A DNA stretch of 64,000 nucleotides from Candidatus Brocadiia bacterium (lineage in GTDB: Bacteria > Planctomycetota > Brocadiia > CAIUPP01), in assembly GCA_050015075.1 (NCBI GenBank), contig JBEKCB010000017.1, positions 1-64,000 on the forward strand, given 5' to 3'. The notes beneath the pieces are model-generated. The model saw only the letters and a list, made by a program, of their open reading frames with translations, had not been told where the DNA came from and searched no databases. Below, one piece after another: positions 26,922-36,632 of the stretch (position 1 is its first letter; every line of letters starts with the position of its first letter). A program made the translations under genes and the position numbers.

Positions 26922-29900
26922 TCAAGTGTCTGTCAATGCAGGATAGGGACCATTGCCCGTGAGCAGCATAACACGGCCCAGTTCGTGTCTTACCACAATC
27001 GCCTTGGCGGGAAGACGCCCAGGGATGAACAGATCAACCTCGGGTGGCATGCTCATGAACATGCTTCGATCCATGTTGCGGGGCGAGGCCGCCCCTCCCC
27101 ACTGTCCGAAGTGTGTCGGGTGTCTCTGTGGTTCGTACCAAAGCGAGAGGTGAACCTTTAACGAACGTCCCTGGTGGTCGGCTATCTCGCCGTCCAACTC
27201 CTCAATTTTGCCCTCCCAGCCGAACCAGGGCTCCGGCCATTTTCGAGTCACATCTCGCCAGCGGTCATCAATGGCGCGAATCAGCTTCCCAATCCAGTAC
27301 CGTATATTGGGAGGTAGCTCCGTGTTGGCCAAATGCTTCTGAAGAGTGTCTCGTGTCGAATCATCACCGACCCTGGTCAGCGCCTGACCGTAGCAGTACG
27401 CATTTAACACTTCTGCGTCGTTCTCGCCCATTACTCTCTCCACTCGCTCCAGATATGTTGCGGCAAGATGCATTCGCCGATGGTCGCCCAGGGACTGTTT
27501 TGCCAGATGCCGTACAGTTGGCTCTGAGTCTGCGAGGAGCTGCTCAGCAATCTCTGTGTTGACTTCAGGCGATGCAGCCGTCGAGCACCACGCAAGCATC
27601 TCTGCTGCTCGTTTGCGCATCTCCACGAACTCTGATTCTGCCCATTGCAGGCATAATCTACGAAGCGCATCCATGTCCACACTGGATAGCGCACGATAGG
27701 CCGCCCGTCGCACAGCATACATTCCATCGCCAGTCAAGACAGTCAAAACTGACACGGTGCGAACTAGTTGGAGAGGCTCACTGATCTTAAGAGCACCTAT
27801 CGCGTCCGCCAAAGCTACTTTGGCCTCGGGGTGCCACTGCTCCCACGCATCGTTCCACGGTTCGGTAATCAGTCGGAAGGAACTAATCTGTGCAAGCGCA
27901 GCAAACAGTTCTGTATCTACACTGTCAGGCCCCACTTCCTTCCCTATCCGACGAACTAGGGCATTTTCAATATTACTGCCATTGAGTGACCTGCGCTGCG
28001 TTTCATTCCGCACTACGTGAGGCATCACGTTCCATATCGCTGATGTGTCCCCCTCCTCCAACAGCGCTACGATTGCTGGTTCCAACGCACCAGGATATCT
28101 TTCGCTAAGGAGTCCAACCACATGCGCCTGCCATGCCGTGTATTTTCTGGCCGCCGCGATCTTGAAGACAGATTCCGTTCTTACAAGCCCCAATCGATCT
28201 GCCACGGTTGGATCGGAATCAATGTGAAGAAGGCCGTGTTCAGCTAGTACCGCAACTGCACGCCACACGACCTCCGCGTTCTCATTCCTCAAGACCGTGT
28301 TTCTCAGAAAGCCCTCGACGTCTTCTGTGATCACCTCTGTCGGCATGCATCCCAACATCTCAACGGTGTGCGCTTTCGCGTACCAGTCGAGGTCGGCGGT
28401 CCTCGCGAGACGCAGGATCGTGTCAATCCATTGCGGCCCCACCAGTCGTGACCTTGCCAACTGACGTATTGCTGCCATGGCGGCAACGCGATGGCGCTTT
28501 GGGACACCCTCCGCAAGTGCAATGCCAAATAGCTTCGGAATAACATCCTCATTACCACCTTTAACAAGAACTTCAGCAACGTCACCGATGGCTTCGCAAA
28601 TTGCCAGCAGAACATTCCCTTTGATGGTAAAACCAAAGTTGCACAACAATGAGAATGCCTCCAGTGTGGCAGTGCTTTGCGCGAGACGAATACCACCCAA
28701 ACGCGCGACGAGGTCAGCCCCTCCCACAGCGGGATCTATGTCACACTCTTCAGTTATCAAGTGTGCAACCGCCTCCGACATCTGAACCCCTCTACAGCAC
28801 GCTGCAGTAGTTAATACGGCATGTACCACATGCCCGTTTTGCTCGCCCTTTAGGGCATTTTCCACCCATCCGAGGGACTCGTCTGCGCCAATACACAACG
28901 CCGTGTTCCAGGCACTTTCCTTAGTTCTTGTGCTCGTAGTTGCCCACTGTCCGACCTCACCAGTGTTAGCACATGCGTCCCGGCGAAGTGCAGCAAGAGA
29001 TTCTGGGCTGGCGCCGTCCTTCCATCCGAGGAGCTGAAGTGGCAGAACACATTCCTCCAGCCGGGCATAAAGCACGTTCCTACCGTGCTGAGGATGCTGT
29101 AACTCCCGGTCCATCAGCCACCCCAAAAGGCTTGGGACAACCTGACTGCTGTTACAGCTTGAAACTAGGTGGCCATTTAGATAAATGGTCCACCTCAACT
29201 CCGCTGGCCACTGTGTAGCCAGTGTAGACAGTAGTGACCAGATATCGTCATGAAGACGATGGTCTTGCCAGTGGATATCAGCAATCCGGGCCAGGAGAGA
29301 CAAGCCGAGTTCTCTAAACGTATTTATTCCCTTACTAGTAGTGCTCCCTTGTCGAATGATCTGCTCCACCAAATCCAACGTTTCGCGATCGGCGATTTGT
29401 TGGAGCGTGAAAAGAAGGGAATGGGTGGGCGGCAACTGAAATCGGGACCTCAGTACCGTGGTTATTGTCTTCCTTGTCTCGGGCGGAATACCCAATGCAG
29501 CTATGGTTGCTAAGGCTGTGTCGCCAATGTCTCCACCATGATGAACGAGCGCCCAGAGTGGTTGAAGGATCTCCTCAGATCGGTATCCAATTGCAGACAT
29601 CGTATGGCAGGCCGGGGCAGGGTCATCACCCTGAAGTGTGTGCTTAGCTATGCCAAGTATCTCTGCGCGAATCTGGCGCCTGCTAGGCTCGGGATACTGC
29701 TCCATCCACTCCGTTAGTAAGCCCCTCAAAAGCGACTGCCGGGCTTGAAGCATAGAGTCATCCCCGGAGGGAGTAGAAAGGCATTTCGGCAGCAGCCTTT
29801 CAACAAGAATATGCCTGCCCAACCTCGGGTCGTCCTGCGTCATTTCTTTCAGTATGTGGAAGCCAAGGTGTTCCACATCCATCGCTTGACCAGGAGTTAG

Positions 29901-30029
29901 TTCGGCGGACGCCGCTTTGGCAACCACCTCGTCAAGCAGCGGCAGCATTGCGGCCACTGATGATGCACCCATTAACCGTTGCTGGAAATTCCGCAGAATT
30001 GGATTGTCATTCATAGGGTCGTCTTCCAT
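26922..30029 (-). CDS. Large HEAT/ARM-repeat protein
   Basis: Helical repeats such as DGMYAVRRAAYRAL and LLADSEPTVRHLA; no catalytic motif seen. Confidence 0.8.
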   Translation of the reverse strand: MEDDPMNDNPILRNFQQRLMGASSVAAMLPLLDEVVAKAASAELTPGQAMDVEHLGFHILKEMTQDDPRLGRHILVERLLPKCLSTPSGDDSMLQARQSLLRGLLTEWMEQYPEPSRRQIRAEILGIAKHTLQGDDPAPACHTMSAIGYRSEEILQPLWALVHHGGDIGDTALATIAALGIPPETRKTITTVLRSRFQLPPTHSLLFTLQQIADRETLDLVEQIIRQGSTTSKGINTFRELGLSLLARIADIHWQDHRLHDDIWSLLSTLATQWPAELRWTIYLNGHLVSSCNSSQVVPSLLGWLMDRELQHPQHGRNVLYARLEECVLPLQLLGWKDGASPESLAALRRDACANTGEVGQWATTSTRTKESAWNTALCIGADESLGWVENALKGEQNGHVVHAVLTTAACCRGVQMSEAVAHLITEECDIDPAVGGADLVARLGGIRLAQSTATLEAFSLLCNFGFTIKGNVLLAICEAIGDVAEVLVKGGNEDVIPKLFGIALAEGVPKRHRVAAMAAIRQLARSRLVGPQWIDTILRLARTADLDWYAKAHTVEMLGCMPTEVITEDVEGFLRNTVLRNENAEVVWRAVAVLAEHGLLHIDSDPTVADRLGLVRTESVFKIAAARKYTAWQAHVVGLLSERYPGALEPAIVALLEEGDTSAIWNVMPHVVRNETQRRSLNGSNIENALVRRIGKEVGPDSVDTELFAALAQISSFRLITEPWNDAWEQWHPEAKVALADAIGALKISEPLQLVRTVSVLTVLTGDGMYAVRRAAYRALSSVDMDALRRLCLQWAESEFVEMRKRAAEMLAWCSTAASPEVNTEIAEQLLADSEPTVRHLAKQSLGDHRRMHLAATYLERVERVMGENDAEVLNAYCYGQALTRVGDDSTRDTLQKHLANTELPPNIRYWIGKLIRAIDDRWRDVTRKWPEPWFGWEGKIEELDGEIADHQGRSLKVHLSLWYEPQRHPTHFGQWGGAASPRNMDRSMFMSMPPEVDLFIPGRLPAKAIVVRHELGRVMLLTGNGPYPALTDT

Positions 30030-30032
30030 TCG

Positions 30033-31904
30033 TCAAGGCGCAACGCACCTAGTCAGATATTCGCACACAAAGGGGTGTCGCCAACTCCACTTGCCAGAAG
30101 ACACTTTCCTGATCAGCCCGAAGGATACAGCTTCTTCGTAGAGCTGGTGTGGAGGAACCACAAACAAGCAGCTTCTAACGGGATTGGCCCAGTCTCTTTC
30201 GTAAAGGCCGACACGCCTACTGTCCGAGAACGAGACTGCAACTTGGCTTAGCACATGACGGGCCTCGCCTTGCCTTAGGCCGAGGCGCAGATTAGCTTTC
30301 TCCGAAAAGCGCTTGACATACTTCTCGCACAACTTATTAAGCGCCTCTCGTTCCTTATCCAAGATACCTTGCTGAAGTGAGTCGGCCATTTCGGTAAACA
30401 AACCCCACATCAACGGATGATGCAAGGCAGTCCGGATCTCTGCGTCCACGGGCGCGACCAATGAGAATCCGTCTTCAATTGTTTGCAACGCGCTGGCAGG
30501 CTCCGCATTGCCATCTGTCGCCGGCCCTTGATTAGGATACAGTAATCTGTTTTTGATAGCTATGGCGGATACACGCGCCACAAGCTCAGCGAACTCTGTC
30601 TCACTGAAGTCGTCCAACGACACTTCCTTCAGATGAGGGGATCCCAGCTTGAATGCTGGATAATACCACAGATTCTCAACCGCCTCGGCCTCCCTACAGC
30701 TAGCAACTAAGACCAACCGGGTTCGCTCCCCTCTGTTTCGTGCGGTTTCAAACTCACTTGCTACCAATTGGAAAACCTGGCGTATGCGATCCTGCTGCCC
30801 CAAGTCTCTCGCCTCATCAACCCCATCGAGCACCATTAACAGAACTGGCCGCTCGCACTTTCCGTGTGCACACTGCAATCTCTCAAGAGCCTGTGCTGGG
30901 TGTTCTTCATAGGCACTTGATGGAGCATTGCGCCATTTGGCGATAGTTTCACTGATCCACACCTTAGCGATACTTACTGCGAAGTCTATCAGCACATAGT
31001 GCGGGGGTACGTCTTCGCAGTTGAGCAACTGCTGAGCGACCTGCAACGCAACTACACTCTTGCCACACCCTCCTTGCCCCTGAATTATCACCATCGGTGC
31101 GTCCCCAATGGACGATACCGTGGTTGCAACTTTACGAAATTGCAGTAGGGCCGGAATAGACGCACGTTTTTGAAAGGACTGGACTTCGTTCTTCATCTGG
31201 CACGATAATGCTTTACGCGTTATCTCATAGGGTAAGGGAAAACCAGCCAGATCCCTGTCCAGATCGTGGCGGTTCAAGGAGCTCGGTGTCATTTCAGCGC
31301 TCTCGCGCATGACATGACCTATGAACGCATTGAGGTTACGCGCGTACTCAGAGTCCAAGACGCCAAGGTGACGCGCATGCTCACGAAGCGCTAAAGACCA
31401 CGCCGCTTCCTTTACCACAAGGTGTATTAGTCGCTTGAGGCTATCTCGAAGTACTGCAGCATTCTCTTGCTCGTCCAGTTTGGGATACGGTTGTCCATTT
31501 TCTGCAGCTTCCATGACCTTCTTGGAGTCAGGACTGAGAGAACGATTGCTGATAAGGGCAAAACCAGTGGGGAGAGACTTACATTCATTTGCCAGGGTGC
31601 TGCTCTTCAGTAGCGTATGTGTTATCTCAAAGAGTTCGTGTGGCTCGATTGGATACGCTATGGGGTTGCGTGAGTATTTAACTTGAACGAGAAGGCGCTG
31701 CAACCCTCCATTGAAAAGGCCTACCACTTCGGCATCCTGACCATATGTCTCTGGGGTGACGGAGCCATCGCGGACGATTTCTAACATTGCGGACAGAGCA
31801 CCTTGTGACGTTCTCTCTGTCTCAGGTTCAGTCTGCGCCAGTATTCCACCGATCACGAAAATCTGGTGAAGAAATCCGGCAAGCGCTATGCGTCCACCTT
31901 CCAT
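30033..31904 (-). CDS. N-terminal nuclease (Cap4/Mrr-like) fused to a STAND/NACHT-like ATPase
   Basis: GGRIALAGFLHQ...D...LVQVK; Walker A GQGGCGKS; Walker B VLDGVDE; ASCR; HPL; terminal winged-helix motif WRHPFVCEYL. Confidence 0.82.
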   Translation of the reverse strand: MEGGRIALAGFLHQIFVIGGILAQTEPETERTSQGALSAMLEIVRDGSVTPETYGQDAEVVGLFNGGLQRLLVQVKYSRNPIAYPIEPHELFEITHTLLKSSTLANECKSLPTGFALISNRSLSPDSKKVMEAAENGQPYPKLDEQENAAVLRDSLKRLIHLVVKEAAWSLALREHARHLGVLDSEYARNLNAFIGHVMRESAEMTPSSLNRHDLDRDLAGFPLPYEITRKALSCQMKNEVQSFQKRASIPALLQFRKVATTVSSIGDAPMVIIQGQGGCGKSVVALQVAQQLLNCEDVPPHYVLIDFAVSIAKVWISETIAKWRNAPSSAYEEHPAQALERLQCAHGKCERPVLLMVLDGVDEARDLGQQDRIRQVFQLVASEFETARNRGERTRLVLVASCREAEAVENLWYYPAFKLGSPHLKEVSLDDFSETEFAELVARVSAIAIKNRLLYPNQGPATDGNAEPASALQTIEDGFSLVAPVDAEIRTALHHPLMWGLFTEMADSLQQGILDKEREALNKLCEKYVKRFSEKANLRLGLRQGEARHVLSQVAVSFSDSRRVGLYERDWANPVRSCLFVVPPHQLYEEAVSFGLIRKVSSGKWSWRHPFVCEYLTRCVAP

Positions 31905-32153
31905 GTTGCCTCCGGCGCGAGCAGAGTCATTCAGAAGCATTCCCTTGCCACCTTGAGTGATAGGATTATAGCACACGCACCTGACCCGCCACAATATTTT
32001 CGGTGCCCTGCTCGGTGAGAGCGGACCTCGAACGACGCGGTCCATTCCGCATGCCAGTGGTGCATGGTACAATCCGGCGGCAAGTGGCAACAAGGCCCGG
32101 CTTAAGAAGGCTGGCCGAAGACAGTTCGCCTTGAACGAGTTACGCCATCGCCA

Positions 32154-33560
32154 TCAAGTTGACACTCCAATTGATGCCTCGGCTTGTACCGCTGGGGCGT
32201 CTCTTCGGCCGGAGGCCGCCGCGAGCGCTTGCCAATCGCATCCGGTCCCGTGAACGAACTCCGCCCATCGGCGTCTGATCACGTCGCAGTATTGCGGGTC
32301 AAGCTCCATCAGGAAGGCCTTGCGCCCGGTCTGCTCGCAGGCGATCAACGTGCTCCCCGAACCGCCGAACAAGTCGAGGACGTTCTCCCCCTTCCTGGAG
32401 GAGTACTGGATCGCGCGTGCGGCCAATTCTACTGGCTTCTCGGTCAAGTGGATCATGCTCTGAGGGTTGACTTTCTTGATCGGCCAGACGTCCGTGGCGT
32501 TCGTCGGCCCGAAGAATTTATGCCCCGCGCCGGCGCGCCAGCCGTAGAAGCACCATTCGTGGTTGCCCATGAAGTCCTTCCGCGTCAGGACCGGGTGCTC
32601 CTTGACCCAGATGATCGCCTGGCTGAAGTACAGCTCGCAGACTTTCAGGACCGGCGGGTAGTTGCCGCAGTTCGCGTACCCGCCCCAGATGTAGAACGAG
32701 CGGCCCGGCAGGAGTACGCGGGCGATGTTGCCGAACCAGGCTTTCAGCATCTCCTCGAACGCCTCGTCCGTCACAAAATCGTTCTCGAGGGGGCGGTCCT
32801 TCGGCCGCATCTTTTTCGTGGTGCCATGGGCCTTGCTCTTGCCGCGCGCCAAGTCGAACCCCTGGTGGTGGGTCAGCCCCTTGCCCGCGCCAGGGGCATG
32901 CTGCTTGTTGCCGTACCCCGCGAACGACGAGAGGCCAGCGGCGATGGCGTTGTTGCTCCTCGGTTCGACCTTCACGTTGTAAGGCGGGTCGGTGTTGACC
33001 AGGTGGATCGGCTGGCCGCCCAGGAGCAGGTCGAGGTCGGAGACGCTGCCGGAGTCTCCGCACATGAGGCGGTGGTTGCCGAGCTGGTAGATTTCACCCG
33101 GCTTTGACACCGCCTCATCGGGCGGCTCGGGCACGGCATCCGGGTCGGTCTGCCCCGGGGTCAGCCCGCTCTCGAGCAGGCGCCCCAACTCCTCTTCGGG
33201 AAATCCGATGAGCGACAGGTCCACGCCGAGGTCCTGGATCTCCTTCAGCTCGATCGGCAGCAACTCCATGTCCCAGACCGCCAGGTCTTGGAGTTTGTTG
33301 TCCGCGATGCGGTAGGCGCGGACCTGCTCAGGGGTGAGTTCCGTGGCGACGTGGACCGGTACCTCCTTCAGCCCCAACTTCAGCGCGGCCTTCAGGCGCG
33401 TGTGGCCGCAGACGATGACGTTCTCGGCATCCACCACGATCGGCTGCCGGAAGCCGAATTCCTGGATGCTGCGCGCCACACCGTCCACCGCCTTGTCGTT
33501 GATGCGGGGGTTACGCTCGTAAGGCTTCAACTCGTCCGGCCTCATCATGACGATCTTCAT
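32154..33560 (-). CDS. ParB-N domain fused to DNA modification methylase (phage type)
   Basis: PYERNPR, GHTR, RIADN, TDPPYN, HLTEKPV and VLDLFGGSGST. Confidence 0.93.
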   Translation of the reverse strand: MKIVMMRPDELKPYERNPRINDKAVDGVARSIQEFGFRQPIVVDAENVIVCGHTRLKAALKLGLKEVPVHVATELTPEQVRAYRIADNKLQDLAVWDMELLPIELKEIQDLGVDLSLIGFPEEELGRLLESGLTPGQTDPDAVPEPPDEAVSKPGEIYQLGNHRLMCGDSGSVSDLDLLLGGQPIHLVNTDPPYNVKVEPRSNNAIAAGLSSFAGYGNKQHAPGAGKGLTHHQGFDLARGKSKAHGTTKKMRPKDRPLENDFVTDEAFEEMLKAWFGNIARVLLPGRSFYIWGGYANCGNYPPVLKVCELYFSQAIIWVKEHPVLTRKDFMGNHEWCFYGWRAGAGHKFFGPTNATDVWPIKKVNPQSMIHLTEKPVELAARAIQYSSRKGENVLDLFGGSGSTLIACEQTGRKAFLMELDPQYCDVIRRRWAEFVHGTGCDWQALAAASGRRDAPAVQAEASIGVST

Positions 33561-33618
33561 TTGCGCCTCCTGAAAGAACCTTTGCGCTCAGACCACGGAG
33601 TCAGCGACCTCAGACACC

Positions 33619-34077
33619 TCACCGGTATGCATCAAGGCCGCTTGGATGCGGATTGGCACCGGGGATTTTGAGGACGCCTCGCACAGCCGAGGGCGACAGG
33701 CCGAACTCGCGCGCCGCCTTCAGGACGCGTTCCCAGGCGTCGTCTCTGGCCCGGTAAATCGGATTATGCATGTAGCCGCCCGCCGGTGTCTTAATGATCA
33801 GGGACGTTTTCGAGGCCATCTCGCTGTACGCGATGTAATTCGCCAGCGCCTCGGTGAGGAGACCCAGCGTAATGCTGTAAGGTGCCGCGAGCACGCCCAT
33901 CCGCTGGAGCATCGGGACCAGCTCGCGCCAATGGCGGCGCGCATTCGGCGAGAGCCATTTTGGGCGCCTCGGCACCGCCGGAGCGGGCTCCGGGACACCG
34001 CCGTGACGGTCGAAACGATACCCGCCAGAGAGCCTTAGAAGAGATAAAGGCTTCGATTTTGGCCCTCTTCTACCCAT
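33619..34077 (-). CDS. Phage terminase small subunit, P27 family
   Basis: MGRRGPKSKP...P-x-WLS-x-x-AR-x-x-W...NP...EFGLSPSA. Confidence 0.88.
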   Translation of the reverse strand: MGRRGPKSKPLSLLRLSGGYRFDRHGGVPEPAPAVPRRPKWLSPNARRHWRELVPMLQRMGVLAAPYSITLGLLTEALANYIAYSEMASKTSLIIKTPAGGYMHNPIYRARDDAWERVLKAAREFGLSPSAVRGVLKIPGANPHPSGLDAYR

Positions 34078-34217
34078 TTTTCGGCCTCCTTTTTGTCCTA
34101 AAGTATTGCGCCGATTGATTCGGCCCATTTTCCAAAACTTGCCAAAACATGCGTGCGGCACGCGCACGTTGTCCGCTCGGTCACGAGGTGATTTCTCGAC
34201 CGGTTACCGGTCAGGCG

Positions 34218-34526
34218 TCATCGGCGTTCGCGCCTCGTTTCTCTGCTGTGGCACCCATGACACATGGCTTGCAGGTTCTCCAGCATGTCCAGACCTCCCC
34301 GGCTGCGTGCCGTCTTGTGGTGAACGTCAACCTTGCCAGTCATCAGCTTCCCGCACTTCGGGCAGAACGCGCCCGCCCGATGCAGCGCCATCACCCGTAT
34401 TCCCTCTCTCCATCTCCTTCCATAAACGCGGTTCCGCTCTGTCTGCGCGCTGCTGCAGTGCAGCGCTGCCGCAGGCGTATTATGCGGCCGGTGTTGCGGA
34501 ATCCTGTTGGCCACGTCAAGCCTCAC
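34218..34526 (-). CDS. Phage HNH endonuclease (packaging-associated)
   Basis: YGRRW...CPKCG...VDVHH...GG...ENLQAMCHGCHSRET; directly upstream of terS. Confidence 0.85.
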   Translation of the reverse strand: MRLDVANRIPQHRPHNTPAAALHCSSAQTERNRVYGRRWREGIRVMALHRAGAFCPKCGKLMTGKVDVHHKTARSRGGLDMLENLQAMCHGCHSRETRRERR

Positions 34527-34597
34527 AGTTCAGCGCCTGGACTCCAGGCAGTTCTTCGGTGCTGTAGGTGATCTTTCCGCAATTGCACGGCATCCGT

Positions 34598-35623
34598 TTA
34601 CCCTGACACGATGGTCGGGGCAGGGCTTGTCCCGCCGGCGACGTTCCAGGAACCGGTTATGTTGCTCGTGCTCGATCCGCTCGTAGCTGCCGCATAGAGA
34701 GTTGTCCCCGATCCCTTGCCCGTCGTCAGAATCCAGTGGCCAGCGTACTCACCGCTCGTGGTAAAGATAATCCAGTCGCCATTGGAGTTTTCATAAGCGG
34801 TATAGACACCGTAGGTTCCATTGGCGTTGTAACCGCCATTTGCGGATGAGGTTCCAGCGCCGGATGCGGTGAAGGCAGGCGCGGCAGTCGTTGGAGCCGG
34901 GGTCGTACCAGCCGCAGTCGTGCCCGCAGAGGTCGGGGCCGCAGTGGTCGGCGGCTTGGTAGTCGGTGCGGCCGTTGACGGCGGTTGCGTCGTCGGGGGT
35001 GGTGTAGTCGGAGCCGCCGTTGACGGAGCGGCGGTTGTGGCCGCACAGGGGCCTAGAACCAGCGTTGCCGTTGCGTTCTCGAAATTGGTAACGGTAGTTC
35101 CGCCGATATCGGGGTTCCAACTATAGTCGCCGTCGGTTGGGTCATCGTAGTTGCTTCCGCCCTGAAATCCGCCGATCCAGCCCCCGAATATGGCCTCCGC
35201 ACTAAGCATTACAAACCATGAGCCAGGACCGCCGCCGTAAGGTTCGCACCAGATGAGACTCGCACCGTTCTGGTTGCCATTCCATGTACCCGCGCCGTTA
35301 GTCAGCGTGAAGGTGCCATTGAACGCAAGAAAGTTCGAGTCTGCTGGCGGATTATTGTCTGTTACGCCCGATATGGTAAGACAGAACGTGGGTATCTCGG
35401 TCGTCGGCGCTGCGGTACTCGGCGCTGCGGTGCTGGGCGCTTGCGTCGTGAGAGACAGCGGCGGCTGCGAGGGCTGCGCCGGTTGGTACAGCGGGTAGAT
35501 GCGCTGTCGCCCGACCGTCAGGTCGGTCACACGGTGCTCATAGGCGCGGACCGCAGCGGACGCGCGTTGAACAAAATCGCCCGTCACCAGATAGCCCTCG
35601 TTTCGATCAATCTCCACGGTCAC
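34598..35623 (-). CDS. Thr/Ala/Pro-repeat protein (virion fibre/adhesin-like)
   Basis: (S/T)TAAP pentapeptide tracts separating two Gly/aromatic-rich beta domains. Confidence 0.65.
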   Translation of the reverse strand: MTVEIDRNEGYLVTGDFVQRASAAVRAYEHRVTDLTVGRQRIYPLYQPAQPSQPPLSLTTQAPSTAAPSTAAPTTEIPTFCLTISGVTDNNPPADSNFLAFNGTFTLTNGAGTWNGNQNGASLIWCEPYGGGPGSWFVMLSAEAIFGGWIGGFQGGSNYDDPTDGDYSWNPDIGGTTVTNFENATATLVLGPCAATTAAPSTAAPTTPPPTTQPPSTAAPTTKPPTTAAPTSAGTTAAGTTPAPTTAAPAFTASGAGTSSANGGYNANGTYGVYTAYENSNGDWIIFTTSGEYAGHWILTTGKGSGTTLYAAATSGSSTSNITGSWNVAGGTSPAPTIVSG

Positions 35624-35626
35624 ACC

Positions 35627-35836
35627 TCAATAAAAAACAGGCACCACGGTTGATTTCTCGGTATCCCTTTCCGCGTGGGAAGGCCCGCGCACCCAAGGCG
35701 CGTCGCCGCCGCCGAGCAGGCTCGTCAAGTCGCCAGGCCGCTGCTCGTAAGCCTTGACAAAAGCCGAGATGCGCAGCACGGCGTCTCCGCTGAGCAAGAA
35801 TCCCTCATGCTCGCGTCCGTGCAAATCAGGTATCAT
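35627..35836 (-). CDS. Small hypothetical protein sharing an N-terminal module with the next gene
   Basis: GGAG RBS; EGFLLSGDAVLRISAFVKAYEQRPGDLT. Confidence 0.6.
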   Translation of the reverse strand: MIPDLHGREHEGFLLSGDAVLRISAFVKAYEQRPGDLTSLLGGGDAPWVRGPSHAERDTEKSTVVPVFY

Positions 35837-35907
35837 CGTCAGTCACTCCCTTCACAATTCCAAGCGCAACACGGTGCGATACACGCCAACCCTTGCCGTT
35901 TCATGGG

Positions 35908-36174
35908 CTACCCCTCCATAGCTGCCTTGTCCGGCTGAAGGCTGTCCACAGCCGCGCACAACGCTTGATGCGCGAGCGCCAGCACTTCGTCTCCGATTGT
36001 CACGTCCTCCGCGTCGTTGCTGGCCATGACGCGACGGGCTATGGTCCAGCAGAGGAGCGCGCCCGCCGCGTGTACCATCTCGCTTTCGGACCACTCGGCC
36101 TCGGCTGGCGCAAGGGGATTGCCCGATGCGATTGCTTGCACCATACGCCCCGCAATCTCTTCGCTTACCGTCAT
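35908..36174 (-). CDS. Hypothetical protein
   Basis: ATGA overlap with the nrdR-like stop. Confidence 0.55.
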   Translation of the reverse strand: MTVSEEIAGRMVQAIASGNPLAPAEAEWSESEMVHAAGALLCWTIARRVMASNDAEDVTIGDEVLALAHQALCAAVDSLQPDKAAMEG

Positions 36175-36632
36175 GGTGAGCCTCGCCTTCCAGCCCCAAG
36201 AAGCTCGGGGCAAAACGTATCAGGCTTCACTTCCTCGACGAACTCGCTCACGTCCTTGAATCCCCGGTACACCGACGCGAACCACGCGCAAGCCACCCGC
36301 CCGAGCGACCGTAGCTTCCTTATCATCAACTGTCCGACCCGGCGTGACGTGACCTCCTTGTGGTAGCGCGAATACACCTCCTGTTCGATTTCCGAGACCG
36401 TCCTTTCGAGCGCCTCCGTCGAGATCGGCCGCTTCTCGCACGCGCGGACGAGACCGCTCATGATCTTGCTGCGGTCGAACTCGACGTGACGCCCTTCCTT
36501 CTTCATCACCCGGATCGGGCGGACCTCGATTCTTTCATACGTAGTGAAGCGCCGGCCGCAGAATGCGCGGTCAGTGCCCACAGCGCGCGAGTCCACGCCC
36601 TCACCACAGCTAGGCGAGGGGCAAGTAGTCAG
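36171..36632 (-). CDS. nrdR: NrdR-like protein (ATP cone) with damaged zinc ribbon; possibly a pseudogene
   Basis: DSR, CGRRFTTYE, FDRSKI-x-x-GL-x-x-ACEKRP and FASVYR-x-FKDV-x-EF; lacks RRRREC and a clean start codon. Confidence 0.75.
   Translation of the reverse strand: MTTCPSPSCGEGVDSRAVGTDRAFCGRRFTTYERIEVRPIRVMKKEGRHVEFDRSKIMSGLVRACEKRPISTEALERTVSEIEQEVYSRYHKEVTSRRVGQLMIRKLRSLGRVACAWFASVYRGFKDVSEFVEEVKPDTFCPELLGAGRRGSP

Noticed and set aside
29980-30035. Selenocysteine readthrough at the STAND/HEAT UGA
   Set aside because: No SECIS-like hairpin downstream and no evidence of a conserved Cys at this position.
32154-36632. Intact prophage morphogenesis module
   Set aside because: No large terminase, portal, capsid or tape-measure gene recognised.
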